Sequence record: NC_010106.1
Direction: 5' to 3' (one strand)
DNA from: Escherichia phage phiEcoM-GJ1
Length of the DNA: 52,975 bases
The notes below the pieces were generated by a model that did not search any database, had not been told where the DNA came from, and saw only the letters and a list, made by a program, of their open reading frames with translations. The position numbers were made by a program, and so were the translations under genes. Numbering within the stretch: position 1 is the stretch's first letter; every line of letters starts with the position of its first letter. This document shows, in pieces, positions 1 through 8,734 of this stretch.

Positions 1-156
1 CGATTAAATGGGAGAAGAGATTCGATGCGTTAGCGTCGTTTCTCTTTGAGCTAGAATAAAATAAGTAAGTTTTCAATATTACTTATTCCCAATATTGCTA
101 CAATATTTAAAGTAATATTAGGAATGCGTAAAGTTCAAAACCAAATGGTACATGGT

Positions 157-211
157 CGGTCAACTGTATCTAGACATAGACTCGTTCACAATCGGTCAGC
201 TGTATCTAGCC
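157..211. repeat. two copies of a 19-bp direct repeat CGGTCA(A/G)CTGTATCTAG(A/C)C
   Basis: Copies at 157-175 and 193-211 with 2 mismatches, 36-bp spacing, in the ORF-free left end. Confidence 0.6.
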
Positions 212-287
212 GGAATTTGTTCGAACAGAAGTCCGACTATGTTATAAAAATTTTTTATATAATTTTTTTAATTTAAATATTGTTACG

Positions 288-395
288 GAATTAATGAGAC
301 TCAAATTGTTTCAATTACTCACTTCGTTCGTCCGATATTAATGAGACTAGAATTGTAACGATATTGACGAGACTAGAATTGTGGCGATATTATTT
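288..395 (+). promoter_or_regulatory. three tandem ~26-bp repeats; candidate host-RNAP early promoters or operators upstream of the RNAP gene
   Basis: ATTAATGAGACTCAAATTGT / ATTAATGAGACTAGAATTGT / ATTGACGAGACTAGAATTGT; the third copy gives TTGACG-N18-TATTAT; an AT-rich tract precedes at 236-290. Confidence 0.4.
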
Positions 396-654
396 TTATT
401 TTTGGGCCAGCGGGGAGGGGAAGCCCAACGTCCTATCGGACTTAAAATACGGTCCCTACCCCAACTTTTTCCTACAGCCTATCGGCTTTCAAACAACACC
501 AAGTTAGGTGCTTCGCTTATAGGTCAAGGTCAAAGTCTCCGTGCTGTTGTAACAATGGCACAGGTTTGTGATATTAGTTGGAAGTGAATTGTGTAATGGC
601 TACGCTATTATAATCCGTTTCAGTTAAATCATACACAATCTTGGAGACTTACAA

Positions 655-2601
655 ATGACTACTATCACCACTCAAACTATCAAATCCGTTGTTCCTGCTA
701 TCACTGCTCTGGTATACCGTGCCAAAGAGAAACAGAACTATATGCAGCCTCAGACTTGTGCTATTGCTGCCTTAGCCATCTTCAAGATGATGACCTCTTT
801 CACTCGTGATGATGTTATCCCAGCCATTGCAATGGTTGAACTGGCTTCTGCTTCTATTGCTGATGCCAACCGTTATAACAACGACCTGAAAGCAATGCAC
901 TATGTTGACCCAGCTATCAACCTGATTGGTCTGGCTAAGCACTTTGGCTTCATCACCATGAACGAAGACAAATCGTTCCAGATGACTGATGCATGGATTG
1001 AACTGGTTACAACCAAAGATACCTCAGTTCCATTCACTGAGAAGGTAACAACTGAATCTCGTCGCAAGCCTTTCGTCAAAGGTGGCAAAGTTAAGCCATC
1101 CAAGACTCTGAAAGCTGCAATCGAATTCCTGCAAGATACTGCATATCACGTTGATGCTACAATGGTTAAGGTTATCTCTTCCATGATTGAGCAACGTACT
1201 TATGGTGGCTTGCAGATGCCAGAGGCAATCCAGACTGAACTCCATGTTTGGAACAATGCTGTAGCAATGGTTGGTCAGGACACTCTGTTCTCTGACTACT
1301 TTGCTGATAACCGTGGTCGTCTGTATCATGTTGCTTGTGCTGGTCCTAACCCACAATCATCTGACTTTGCTCGTTGCTTGTATTCCCACAATGTTGAGAA
1401 CACTGTGAGCAAGTTTAATGATGATGGTTCAACAACTCTGGCATACAACATGTTCATGCTTGAGCTGGAAGATATTGCTGGTGGAGACTGGACTTCTGCT
1501 AAACGTTTAACTTATGTTGCACAGAATCCTGTTGGTTCTTTGGCTCGTATGATGAACATGGACAAATCTGAACGTCCTTCTAAGCCATTCACTTATGTTC
1601 GATTAGCTCTGGATTGGTTCAAGTTTGAGACTACTGGTGAGTGCGATTCTCGCGTAGGCTTTGGCTTAGATGCTAAATGTTCTGGTACTCAATATCTGGC
1701 ATTCATTGCTGGTAACATGGAAATGGCTCGTGCAACAGGTCTGGTTGATTCTGAGACTAAGGCATCTGACCCATACCAGTTATCTCTTCGTGAACTGTTA
1801 AAGTTATTAGACCGTTCTTCAATGAAACCATCTCCTGAAATTATGGATGAATTCTTGAATCCGAAAGCTGGTCGTAAGTTTATCAAAACTCCATACATGG
1901 CTATCCAATATGGTGGTGGTAAAGCTGCATTAACTGGTTCTTCTGACTTTATCTCCTACATGACAGAAGCTCTCCAGATTCCTATGGAGAAAGCTGAGGC
2001 ATTTGCTGAACTGTGTGTAGAAGCAATCCATAACGCATTGGGTGAGAAGATTAACATGTTCATCGAGAAAGCTGCTGATGCTGCATACACTCGTTGTGTT
2101 GAACTTGGTAAAGAGTATATCACATATAAGCACACTGATGGCCAAGTTGTAATGAAGCCTTGCTTCCCATCTCGTGACATTTGTGATGCTTTCTCCATTC
2201 GCATTGATTCAGCAACTCGTGTAATCTTTGGCGTAATGTTGGAGGGTGAAGAGAAACCTTGGACCATTCGTGAGTCCAATCCAACTAAAGAAGAATTCAA
2301 ACGTACCTTCGTTGTTAACTACATTCAAGGTATTGATGCATTGGTTGCTCGTACTGTTGCAATCAAAGCTAAAGAAGCTGGTCTTCGTGGCTTTACTTCA
2401 ATTCACGATTGTTTCCGTTGCTGCTTAGCTGATGCTCCTCTCATGATGGAAGTAATTCGTTCTGCTTATATTGAAATCTTTGTTAATAATAATCAGTTTG
2501 AATCTCTGTCTAAGCAACTTGGTGGCATCAACATGTATCACGAGAACATCGTAACAGAAGAGCTTCTGATGAGCGAACACGCTTACTACTTCTGTCAATA
2601 A
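655..2601 (+). CDS. single-subunit T7-like DNA-dependent RNA polymerase, compact form
   Basis: 648-aa ORF with GGAG RBS; palm motifs in T7 RNAP order: GLDAKCSGTQ (motif A-like), KTPYMAIQYGGG (motif B-like), SIHDCFR (motif C-like); about 200 aa shorter at the N-terminus than T7 RNAP. Confidence 0.85.
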   Translation: MTTITTQTIKSVVPAITALVYRAKEKQNYMQPQTCAIAALAIFKMMTSFTRDDVIPAIAMVELASASIADANRYNNDLKAMHYVDPAINLIGLAKHFGFITMNEDKSFQMTDAWIELVTTKDTSVPFTEKVTTESRRKPFVKGGKVKPSKTLKAAIEFLQDTAYHVDATMVKVISSMIEQRTYGGLQMPEAIQTELHVWNNAVAMVGQDTLFSDYFADNRGRLYHVACAGPNPQSSDFARCLYSHNVENTVSKFNDDGSTTLAYNMFMLELEDIAGGDWTSAKRLTYVAQNPVGSLARMMNMDKSERPSKPFTYVRLALDWFKFETTGECDSRVGFGLDAKCSGTQYLAFIAGNMEMARATGLVDSETKASDPYQLSLRELLKLLDRSSMKPSPEIMDEFLNPKAGRKFIKTPYMAIQYGGGKAALTGSSDFISYMTEALQIPMEKAEAFAELCVEAIHNALGEKINMFIEKAADAAYTRCVELGKEYITYKHTDGQVVMKPCFPSRDICDAFSIRIDSATRVIFGVMLEGEEKPWTIRESNPTKEEFKRTFVVNYIQGIDALVARTVAIKAKEAGLRGFTSIHDCFRCCLADAPLMMEVIRSAYIEIFVNNNQFESLSKQLGGINMYHENIVTEELLMSEHAYYFCQ

Positions 2602-2608
2602 TGTAACA

Positions 2609-2638
2609 AGCCCTGTAGAGATACGGGGCTGTTCTTAT
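2609..2638 (+). terminator. candidate intrinsic terminator after RNAP gene
   Basis: 7-bp stem AGCCCTG/CGGGGCT (one G-U) with 8-nt loop, then T-rich GTTCTTATG. Confidence 0.45.
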
Positions 2639-2659
2639 GCATTAGTTGTTAATGAATTA
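2639..2659 (+). promoter_or_regulatory. copy of conserved ~20-bp motif (candidate phage-RNAP promoter), degenerate
   Basis: GCATTAGTTGTTAATGAAT, 40 bp upstream of the 2681 ORF; shares ATTAGTTG core. Confidence 0.35.
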
Positions 2660-2680
2660 AATCAAATTGGAGACTTTATA

Positions 2681-2848
2681 ATGTTCACAGTAACCTTAGT
2701 AACCTATTACGGTAAGCAAGTGTGTAAGAAGTTTGAGACTTTAGCAGAAGCAAGAGCCTTTGCAGCACGTGAAGAGAATATCTATGTAGAGTGTGAAATC
2801 ACAGATGGTGATAAAGTCTACGATGTAGTTAAGCCTGAACTCCACTGA
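2681..2848 (+). CDS. hypothetical small protein (55 aa)
   Basis: ORF MFTVTLVTYYGKQVCKKF... with GGAGACTT RBS identical in form to the RNAP RBS; below the ORF-track size cut-off. Confidence 0.5.
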   Translation: MFTVTLVTYYGKQVCKKFETLAEARAFAAREENIYVECEITDGDKVYDVVKPELH

Positions 2849-2860
2849 TTCCTAATATTC

Positions 2861-2889
2861 GGACAATATTGTTGCATGTAATATTGTCC
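2861..2889. repeat. perfect 10-bp inverted repeat GGACAATATT-N9-AATATTGTCC
   Basis: Arms 2861-2870 and 2880-2889 flank GTTGCATGT; lies just upstream of a motif copy. Confidence 0.6.
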
Positions 2890-3849
2890 CGATATTCGAC
2901 ATTAGTTGGATGTGAAGTAACAGAATACGGAGAAGTATTACTCACGTTGTTCGTGGGTTTCCGCATGTCATGTTGAAATCATTCTAGAAACATTTCAGCA
3001 TGTCAACTAAACACACAGCGTTGTAATGATGTGGCAATCATTGAACTCCCTGTCTTTGGCCGGACAAAGTTCCAGCAACCATGTGTGAAGTAGGATTATC
3101 ATTCGAAACTGTTCTTCCGGTGTTGAACTAACAACAGAACATCGTGTTAGCCATCTTGATTAAGTTACAAGAAAGTCAACAAACCTAAGCATGTTCACTT
3201 GTTTCAATATTGCTCCATCTCCTATTATCAAGGCCCACCCACAAGCCGGGAGATAACTTTGGCAAGACTGGAACTTTTGGACATGCTTCTTTCTTTCAAT
3301 CAGAATTCGAAAGAAGAGAAGAGTCGGAGCAAAGCCGCGAAACTAATCCCGTAGCCCGCCCCGATTTTGAGCAACAAATATTGTGACAATTGCGTCGCAG
3401 TATGGCATGTAAATATTGCTACAAATTGGCATGTTGGAATGTGGCAGAATTGTTAGAGGACTAATCACCTCGAAGATACAATCGTCTACCAATCTGGCAT
3501 GTTAATTTTGTAACAGTATTTGTGCCAATTTCGCATGTAATAAATGTATCAATATTCACCCAATATTCTTGCAACCCGCATGAATACTGGCTTCCAGCCA
3601 AGCGAAGGCTTTATCATCGCATGTAATATTGTGACAATATTGGGATAAAACCCCTTTATTTATTTCTGTAGTTTTGTATTAAATGGACGGTTTTCCGTAC
3701 CTGTTGCGCCACTTCTTGATGTGCCAAATACATTCCAAGATAGGAGCAAACCTGTAATTAATGATGCATGTTTAATTGTGACAAAATTCGTCTATTTGGC
3801 AGATGAGTTAGTTGCAATTAAGCATGTTCATTTATCATTAGTTGCATGT
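2874..3849. repeat. array of about 12 GCATGT-containing degenerate direct repeats in a ~1.1-kb ORF-free region
   Basis: GCATGT at 2874, 2963, 2998, 3189, 3405, 3429, 3497, 3533, 3619, 3766, 3822, 3844, mostly followed by A/T-rich (T)AAT(A/T)TTGT; second palindrome AATATTGTGACAATATT at 3625-3641. Confidence 0.55.
2899..2919 (+). promoter_or_regulatory. conserved motif ACATTAGTTGGATGTGAAG (candidate phage-RNAP promoter)
   Basis: Near-consensus copy; core ATTAGTTGGATGTGA. Confidence 0.45.
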
Positions 3850-3855
3850 GAATAA
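3835..3855 (+). promoter_or_regulatory. conserved motif copy ATTAGTTGCATGTGAATAAG
   Basis: About 190 bp upstream of the first small early gene at 4046. Confidence 0.45.
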
Positions 3856-4045
3856 GACCAAATCTCTGTAAATTCTGCTGAAATTGTGTGACAGATTTTA
3901 GAGAGATTATGTCTCCAAGCTAATCATTGTAGTTTTTCGGCACTTGCTGTGTCACATACTCCCTGCAACTTTAAGGTGGATTAAGGTAATACAAGACCTC
4001 CACAATCGTTCTGTAGGGAGTTTTCTTTTAACTTTGGAGAATAAA

Positions 4046-4294
4046 ATGGATACTGTGATTAAAGCTGCTTACTTCAAAGACCTGCCAGATGGACAAATCT
4101 TTACTGTTCGTTCTGTGAAGTGGATTAAAGTAAATGAGTCAGATAAGTACAATGCCGTAAAGTTCTTTGATTCAAGTAAGGCATGTACTTTTAGCGACAA
4201 TATTGTTGTCAATATTGAAGTCGAATTAGAGCCAGATGATTCAAATGATGAAATCATCCTGCGTAAAACTGTTGGATACACCAAAGGATTCTGA
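4046..4294 (+). CDS. hypothetical protein
   Basis: ORF with GGAG RBS before the internal ATG (MDTVIKAAYF...); the track ORF 3944..4294 probably over-extends 5'. Confidence 0.5.
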   Translation: MDTVIKAAYFKDLPDGQIFTVRSVKWIKVNESDKYNAVKFFDSSKACTFSDNIVVNIEVELEPDDSNDEIILRKTVGYTKGF

Positions 4295-4295
4295 A

Positions 4296-4526
4296 ATGAA
4301 TTATGCACTGTATCATTATATAAGCAGGACTGGACTTGTTCGTCATGCTTTGGTCAACATTAAAACTAAAGATGTGATGTTGGCCGATATGTCAATTTAT
4401 GGAAACAACTTAGTGTGGAAGCGTGCTGCAAATCCTAGTCATGTTTGGCTTGTAATCCAGTCTGACAAATATCACAAAATTGTTGCAATGGCTAATCGCC
4501 CAGAGCACATCGTACCGAGGAAATAA
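4296..4526 (+). CDS. hypothetical protein
   Basis: ORF MNYALYHYISRTGLV...; tightly packed with neighbours; start chosen at internal ATG. Confidence 0.45.
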   Translation: MNYALYHYISRTGLVRHALVNIKTKDVMLADMSIYGNNLVWKRAANPSHVWLVIQSDKYHKIVAMANRPEHIVPRK

Positions 4527-4528
4527 TC

Positions 4529-4717
4529 ATGGACTTCATCGTCTACTTTAAGTTAAATGGTGTAGAGCAAAGATTGTACTTCAATTCTTTACTTCGTTTG
4601 CAACAGTGGGCGGAGAAGTTTGTTGGGTATGACTTTGAATACATCAACGCATGTACACCTGACGAACATGAGGAAATCGTGTTCAGTGGATTAAATCAAA
4701 TTCTGGAGGCAAAATGA
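4529..4717 (+). CDS. hypothetical protein
   Basis: 62-aa ORF with GAGGAAA RBS. Confidence 0.5.
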   Translation: MDFIVYFKLNGVEQRLYFNSLLRLQQWAEKFVGYDFEYINACTPDEHEEIVFSGLNQILEAK

Positions 4718-4874
4718 AGCTCAAATATATGACCAAAACGGTTACATATATGGCTATGTATGGTGCTTCAAAGCGTAAGGCTAAGAAATTAGCAAGAGCT
4801 GCAAATCCTCGCATGCCAGCACGTAAAGTGGCCAAAGTTATCAACTCTGTATTTGGTATCTGGAGTATAAAATG
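4714..4874 (+). CDS. hypothetical small basic protein (53 aa)
   Basis: MKLKYMTKTV...; GGAGG RBS; overlaps neighbours by 4 and 3 nt. Confidence 0.45.
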
Positions 4875-5045
4875 AACGACCAACAATTCAACACATTCAT
4901 GCAGCAGATTAATCATCAAGAACTGATGGAAGCTATCAAAGGCAAGAAGCCAGTCGAACGTAAATATCGTAAAATTGATAATTATATGCCAACAATCATT
5001 GCATGTGTTGGTGTTGCTATTGTTCTATACTTCCTGGTGAAATAA
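4872..5045 (+). CDS. hypothetical small membrane protein (57 aa)
   Basis: MNDQQFNTFMQQ...TIIACVGVAIVLYFLVK has a hydrophobic C-terminal helix; a 28-aa hydrophobic peptide ORF follows at 5045-5131. Confidence 0.4.
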   Translation: MNDQQFNTFMQQINHQELMEAIKGKKPVERKYRKIDNYMPTIIACVGVAIVLYFLVK

Positions 5046-5140
5046 TGTCGATTGTTAAGAAATTAGTATTCTGCATTCTAATGTTCCCTCTGGTGCTGCT
5101 CGTTGTGGGCAGCTTCATGTACTTAAACTAAGGTAATCAA

Positions 5141-5440
5141 ATGCCATCTTTACTTGAATTCTCGAATGTAGCAAATGTTGCTAAAAATTCTATTCCGAAA
5201 AATCCAGATGTAATTGCATACATGCGTGTTGATGTAAGTCTGTTGGCCTTTGTAATGGACCACATCAACCGTGTCGAAGCGCAGTTGTCTGAGTCTTACG
5301 AAACAGTTGACACTCTTCGTGGACTTCGTAGTGCGGAACAAAGCGCTTATGATGAACTGATGGAGCAAAAGAACAAGCTCCAGGAACAGTTGGCAGATGC
5401 ACTTCAACAAATTGAAGAGCTGACACCAGCATCTAAATAA
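5141..5440 (+). CDS. hypothetical protein, predicted coiled coil
   Basis: 99-aa ORF with AAGG RBS; heptad-like C-terminal region. Confidence 0.55.
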   Translation: MPSLLEFSNVANVAKNSIPKNPDVIAYMRVDVSLLAFVMDHINRVEAQLSESYETVDTLRGLRSAEQSAYDELMEQKNKLQEQLADALQQIEELTPASK

Positions 5441-5454
5441 ACTTAGGAGTTATT

Positions 5455-5718
5455 ATGGCTACCAAAACAGGCATGATGATTGTCCCAAGCCGTAATAACT
5501 CTTTAAGCGGCTTTACACCGTATCGCATCTATCGTGTACTCTCAGGGACTGGCGAAGCGAATCTTTCAGAAGTTGCTTTGAAGCTAGGCAGGATGGTCCA
5601 CTCCGACATTTCCTGTAACGTTATCGACGACGAAGGTAAAATCCGTTTTGTAACAATGGACTTCTTCCGTGAATTTAAATTAGAATCTGAATTAGGAGTT
5701 TTGTACCATGAAATTTAA
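5455..5718 (+). CDS. hypothetical protein
   Basis: 87-aa ORF with AGGAG RBS. Confidence 0.55.
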   Translation: MATKTGMMIVPSRNNSLSGFTPYRIYRVLSGTGEANLSEVALKLGRMVHSDISCNVIDDEGKIRFVTMDFFREFKLESELGVLYHEI

Positions 5719-5935
5719 ATGTGTTGCTTCCAACAAAGACTACGTTCCAGTTGGCCTAATCATTGAGGGTGAAGCTGTTTCACCTTTGGAATTTAAAGTT
5801 ACCAAATCTGCTGAGAGCATTTCTCCAGCATTTCGTAAAGGTGCTGTCGTTCCTATGAATGGTGCATTCTGGACATGGCAGCGTGACCATCGAGCAGAGT
5901 TTGCAGATATTTGTGAACAAGGTGTACTTCAATAA
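5708..5935 (+). CDS. hypothetical protein, paralog A of a tandem pair
   Basis: MKFKCVASNK...WTW; GGAG RBS; shares KFKCV and WTW with the next ORF. Confidence 0.55.
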   Translation: MKFKCVASNKDYVPVGLIIEGEAVSPLEFKVTKSAESISPAFRKGAVVPMNGAFWTWQRDHRAEFADICEQGVLQ

Positions 5936-6141
5936 TGGCTAAATTTAAATGTGTAAAATCAAAATCCTATGGAGATTGCTCTCCTAAAGTTGGTGACGTG
6001 ATTGAGGGGAAACTCAAACATGGCCGAATCTTAATTTCGAAGGACAGTGACCGTAAGAATGTGCTTGGAAACCCATATTGGGTTGATGGAGAAAACACTC
6101 TTCTAAAAGGTAATGTCTGGACTTGGGAAGAAGTTAAATAA
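5935..6141 (+). CDS. hypothetical protein, paralog B of a tandem pair
   Basis: MAKFKCVKSK...VWTWEEVK. Confidence 0.55.
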   Translation: MAKFKCVKSKSYGDCSPKVGDVIEGKLKHGRILISKDSDRKNVLGNPYWVDGENTLLKGNVWTWEEVK

Positions 6142-6147
6142 TTTCCT

Positions 6148-6174
6148 CAACCACTTTTGTAATGAGAGTGGTTG
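6148..6174 (+). terminator. candidate terminator hairpin
   Basis: 8-bp stem CAACCACT/AGTGGTTG with 11-nt loop directly after the stop at 6141. Confidence 0.4.
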
Positions 6175-6204
6175 CTGAATATTATTAATTAACTTGGAGC
6201 ATTT

Positions 6205-6495
6205 ATGAAACAACGTACTCGTTTACAACGTGACCCAGCCACAGGTCGCTTGTTGCCAGCATATTTGAAAGTTGGTGACTTAGTTTATACTCGTGACTTT
6301 GCTTTTGATATTTGCCCAAGCAAAGTCTATGTAGTTCTTGCCACCAGCTTGTCAAAACCTAAAGTGTTATTTGGTGCACTTGAGCCAATTCAGTTAACCG
6401 GAACTCAATTTGTCATTAAAGACGATTCTGGTTGTAACCGCGTATTCAGTCTTGAGGGTGGTTTGTCTAAATGGGAGAAGATTAAGCGTGAGTAA
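6205..6495 (+). CDS. hypothetical protein
   Basis: 96-aa ORF with GGAG RBS. Confidence 0.55.
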   Translation: MKQRTRLQRDPATGRLLPAYLKVGDLVYTRDFAFDICPSKVYVVLATSLSKPKVLFGALEPIQLTGTQFVIKDDSGCNRVFSLEGGLSKWEKIKRE

Positions 6496-6508
6496 GAATT
6501 ATATAGAA

Positions 6509-6721
6509 ATGTTTAAGCGCCTTTCCGTAAATGGTCAGGAGTTCTTACTGAATGATGCAAGACAAGATGTGGAGCTGTCTGATAAATACAGCCTATCATA
6601 TCAGAGAACCATTGTGAAGTGGACGTTCTCTTATATGTCCTTCGATGTTCCAGGAGAAACGCTTGTAATTAGCGGTTCTGGAGACTCAGTTTTAGCAGCT
6701 TTGGAGAAACTAAAGCAATGA
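6509..6721 (+). CDS. hypothetical protein
   Basis: Track ORF 6410..6721 overlaps the previous gene; internal ATG at 6509 (MFKRLSVNGQ...) is the more likely start. Confidence 0.4.
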   Translation: MFKRLSVNGQEFLLNDARQDVELSDKYSLSYQRTIVKWTFSYMSFDVPGETLVISGSGDSVLAALEKLKQ

Positions 6722-7005
6722 ACAAGAATTCGATTTTACGTTATGTTGGTGAAACTAATTATTACTTCACCAAAGGTAAGAAATACAAGGTCGTCGCTGG
6801 TCGTGGTGACGGTGTTCCTCGCAACAATGGTACACTCGGTGCGTATATTCAATCTCATTTGGGTTTTGTCGTTAATGATGATAACCGCAATTTATCTTAT
6901 CGTACATTCTCCAATTTGTGGGAGCTTGTGAAAGATTCTGGCGAAGTAAGTTGGTACAAGCCTGAATCAAGTATTGACCCTATTCCTATTTCCAAGTCGA
7001 TGTAA
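6718..7005 (+). CDS. hypothetical protein
   Basis: 95-aa ORF overlapping the previous stop. Confidence 0.5.
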   Translation: MNKNSILRYVGETNYYFTKGKKYKVVAGRGDGVPRNNGTLGAYIQSHLGFVVNDDNRNLSYRTFSNLWELVKDSGEVSWYKPESSIDPIPISKSM

Positions 7006-7045
7006 ATTAACAAGGAGCATTCATTGAGTGTTCCTGATTAATTCA

Positions 7046-7066
7046 ACATTAGTTGGATGTGAGAGA
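7046..7066 (+). promoter_or_regulatory. conserved motif ACATTAGTTGGATGTGAGAG (candidate phage-RNAP promoter)
   Basis: 88 bp upstream of the 7136 gene. Confidence 0.45.
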
Positions 7067-7135
7067 CAAAGCTATTCCGTGGTTAGCAATGTCACTGAAA
7101 CTTAAACCGTAAATTAACTTAAGAGAATCTTAATC

Positions 7136-7516
7136 ATGGCACAATATTCAGACGTAAACACTGGCATCATCGGTTCCAATGGCTTCAAGAAAGACCCAAA
7201 ACATCCTGACGTTCGTGGACGTATTAACGTTGACGGAATCTGGTATTGGGTGTCTGGTTGGAACAAGCAAGCCAATGGTAATGAATTTACCTCGCTGGCA
7301 CTCACCATCATGACTCAAGAACAAGTTGATGAAATGATGCGTAAGCGTGAAGAGAAAGCTAAAGCCAAAGCTCAACCTCAAGCCGCCGCACAACAGCAAC
7401 GTCAGCAACCTTCTGCTGCACAGCAACAGCAAGCACCTACTCAACAGCAAGCTCCGCAGTCGTCTGGGTATAACCCAAATGAGCCGCAGGACTTTGACTC
7501 AGACATACCTTTCTAA
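7136..7516 (+). CDS. small protein with Q/A-rich linker and SSB-like C-terminal tip DFDSDIPF
   Basis: 126-aa ORF; the last 8 residues match the conserved acidic tail ending in IPF of bacterial SSB (E. coli SSB ends DFDDDIPF); the N-terminal ~70 aa are Trp-rich (IWYWVSGW). Confidence 0.6.
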   Translation: MAQYSDVNTGIIGSNGFKKDPKHPDVRGRINVDGIWYWVSGWNKQANGNEFTSLALTIMTQEQVDEMMRKREEKAKAKAQPQAAAQQQRQQPSAAQQQQAPTQQQAPQSSGYNPNEPQDFDSDIPF

Positions 7517-7637
7517 TTGGAGATGCCCTATGAAAATTTTATGTTTTATAGGGCTACATAATTGGGAAATTTCACATGAAAACGATTATGTAACCTTTTG
7601 GGTGTGCAGACACTGTTCAGCAATGCGTGAGGAATAT

Positions 7638-8328
7638 CATGGCAAATAGATTTGTTGAAATACCTGCCAATTTGGTCAAACCTGGTGATGTATTGGTTTA
7701 CGGCAACAGAGAATACCGGATTGAAAACATCCTACGGTTTAGTGATGCAGTTCAGTTGCAATATTCTGGTGGGTACTACAATTTTGAATTTGGCCGCATA
7801 GTCAAAGTGCTCGACAGGCCACCAGCTTTGGAAACTCCAACAGCAACATTCAACACACAGATAACACCAGTATTTCTTCCTTACGGGGAAGCAGTGAAAC
7901 CATTCTCAGATGAAGAGGATGTTAAAGGTGCTGATGTGGAAGTTGGCGATGTTATCTGGTTTAAGGGTAATTGGGCAACTGTTACAAATGTGTACAAGCA
8001 TCCAAATTCGCCATACAATAAAGTCAATATTGACCATGATGGTGTAAAAGGTTTGCAAGTGCGCCTGACATTAACTGGAACTTATTCGAGAAAGGTAAGA
8101 GCAGTAATGGAAACATTAAATATTCAAAATGCAATCGAAGCACAACGTATTCTTCTGCAAAAGCTGGAGCAAATGTTGGAATTAACCCAGCTTGCACCAA
8201 CAGGAGATGGCAAGATTGCAATTGGCAACTGTAACATTCGCGTGGACAAGGCATCAATCACTAAAGCCGCACGCGATGAAATGAAAGCTGCCGCAAGCAA
8301 ATCCGCAGAGCTTATCAAGAAGCTGTAA
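7638..8328 (+). CDS. hypothetical protein
   Basis: Long ORF; start chosen at ATG 7638 (MANRFVEI...) after GAGG. Confidence 0.55.
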
Positions 8329-8383
8329 TTAACAGAGGTCATTCCACTTCGAGTGGCCTCGATTAATTATCACTGGAGCATTT

Positions 8384-8734
8384 ATGAAAACTTTATACAT
8401 TGCACTTACAATTTTGTTTGGAGTATTCGCATTCAAATCAGAAGCGTCTGTTCGCAGCTTTCAGTGTGGCGGGTACAAAATGTCCGTTGAAACAATCACA
8501 ATGAGCCAGCCACTCATTGTAACAATTTCTTTGCACGAAGGTACTTGGATTGAGATTCCAGATAATGGAAATCCTAACCCAATGTCAACAGTGTTCTACA
8601 ATACACAGAGCAGTAAGCTGGCCTTAGTTGGTGTTGACGCTGAGGAACGTTTGGTGCTACAGATTTATCGTGACATTGACTTCTTTCATGCCAAATTTCC
8701 ATTGTTATCAACCTATTGTAAGGAAGTTAAATGA
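8384..8734 (+). CDS. secreted (signal-peptide) hypothetical protein
   Basis: N-terminus MKTLYIALTILFGVFAFKSEA has a basic n-region, hydrophobic core and A-x-A-like cleavage site; GGAG RBS. Confidence 0.55.
   Translation: MKTLYIALTILFGVFAFKSEASVRSFQCGGYKMSVETITMSQPLIVTISLHEGTWIEIPDNGNPNPMSTVFYNTQSSKLALVGVDAEERLVLQIYRDIDFFHAKFPLLSTYCKEVK

Noticed and set aside
381-587. 68-aa track ORF upstream of the RNAP gene
   Set aside because: No RBS, G-rich low-complexity start, and it lies in the repeat-containing leader; more likely 5' untranslated/regulatory sequence.
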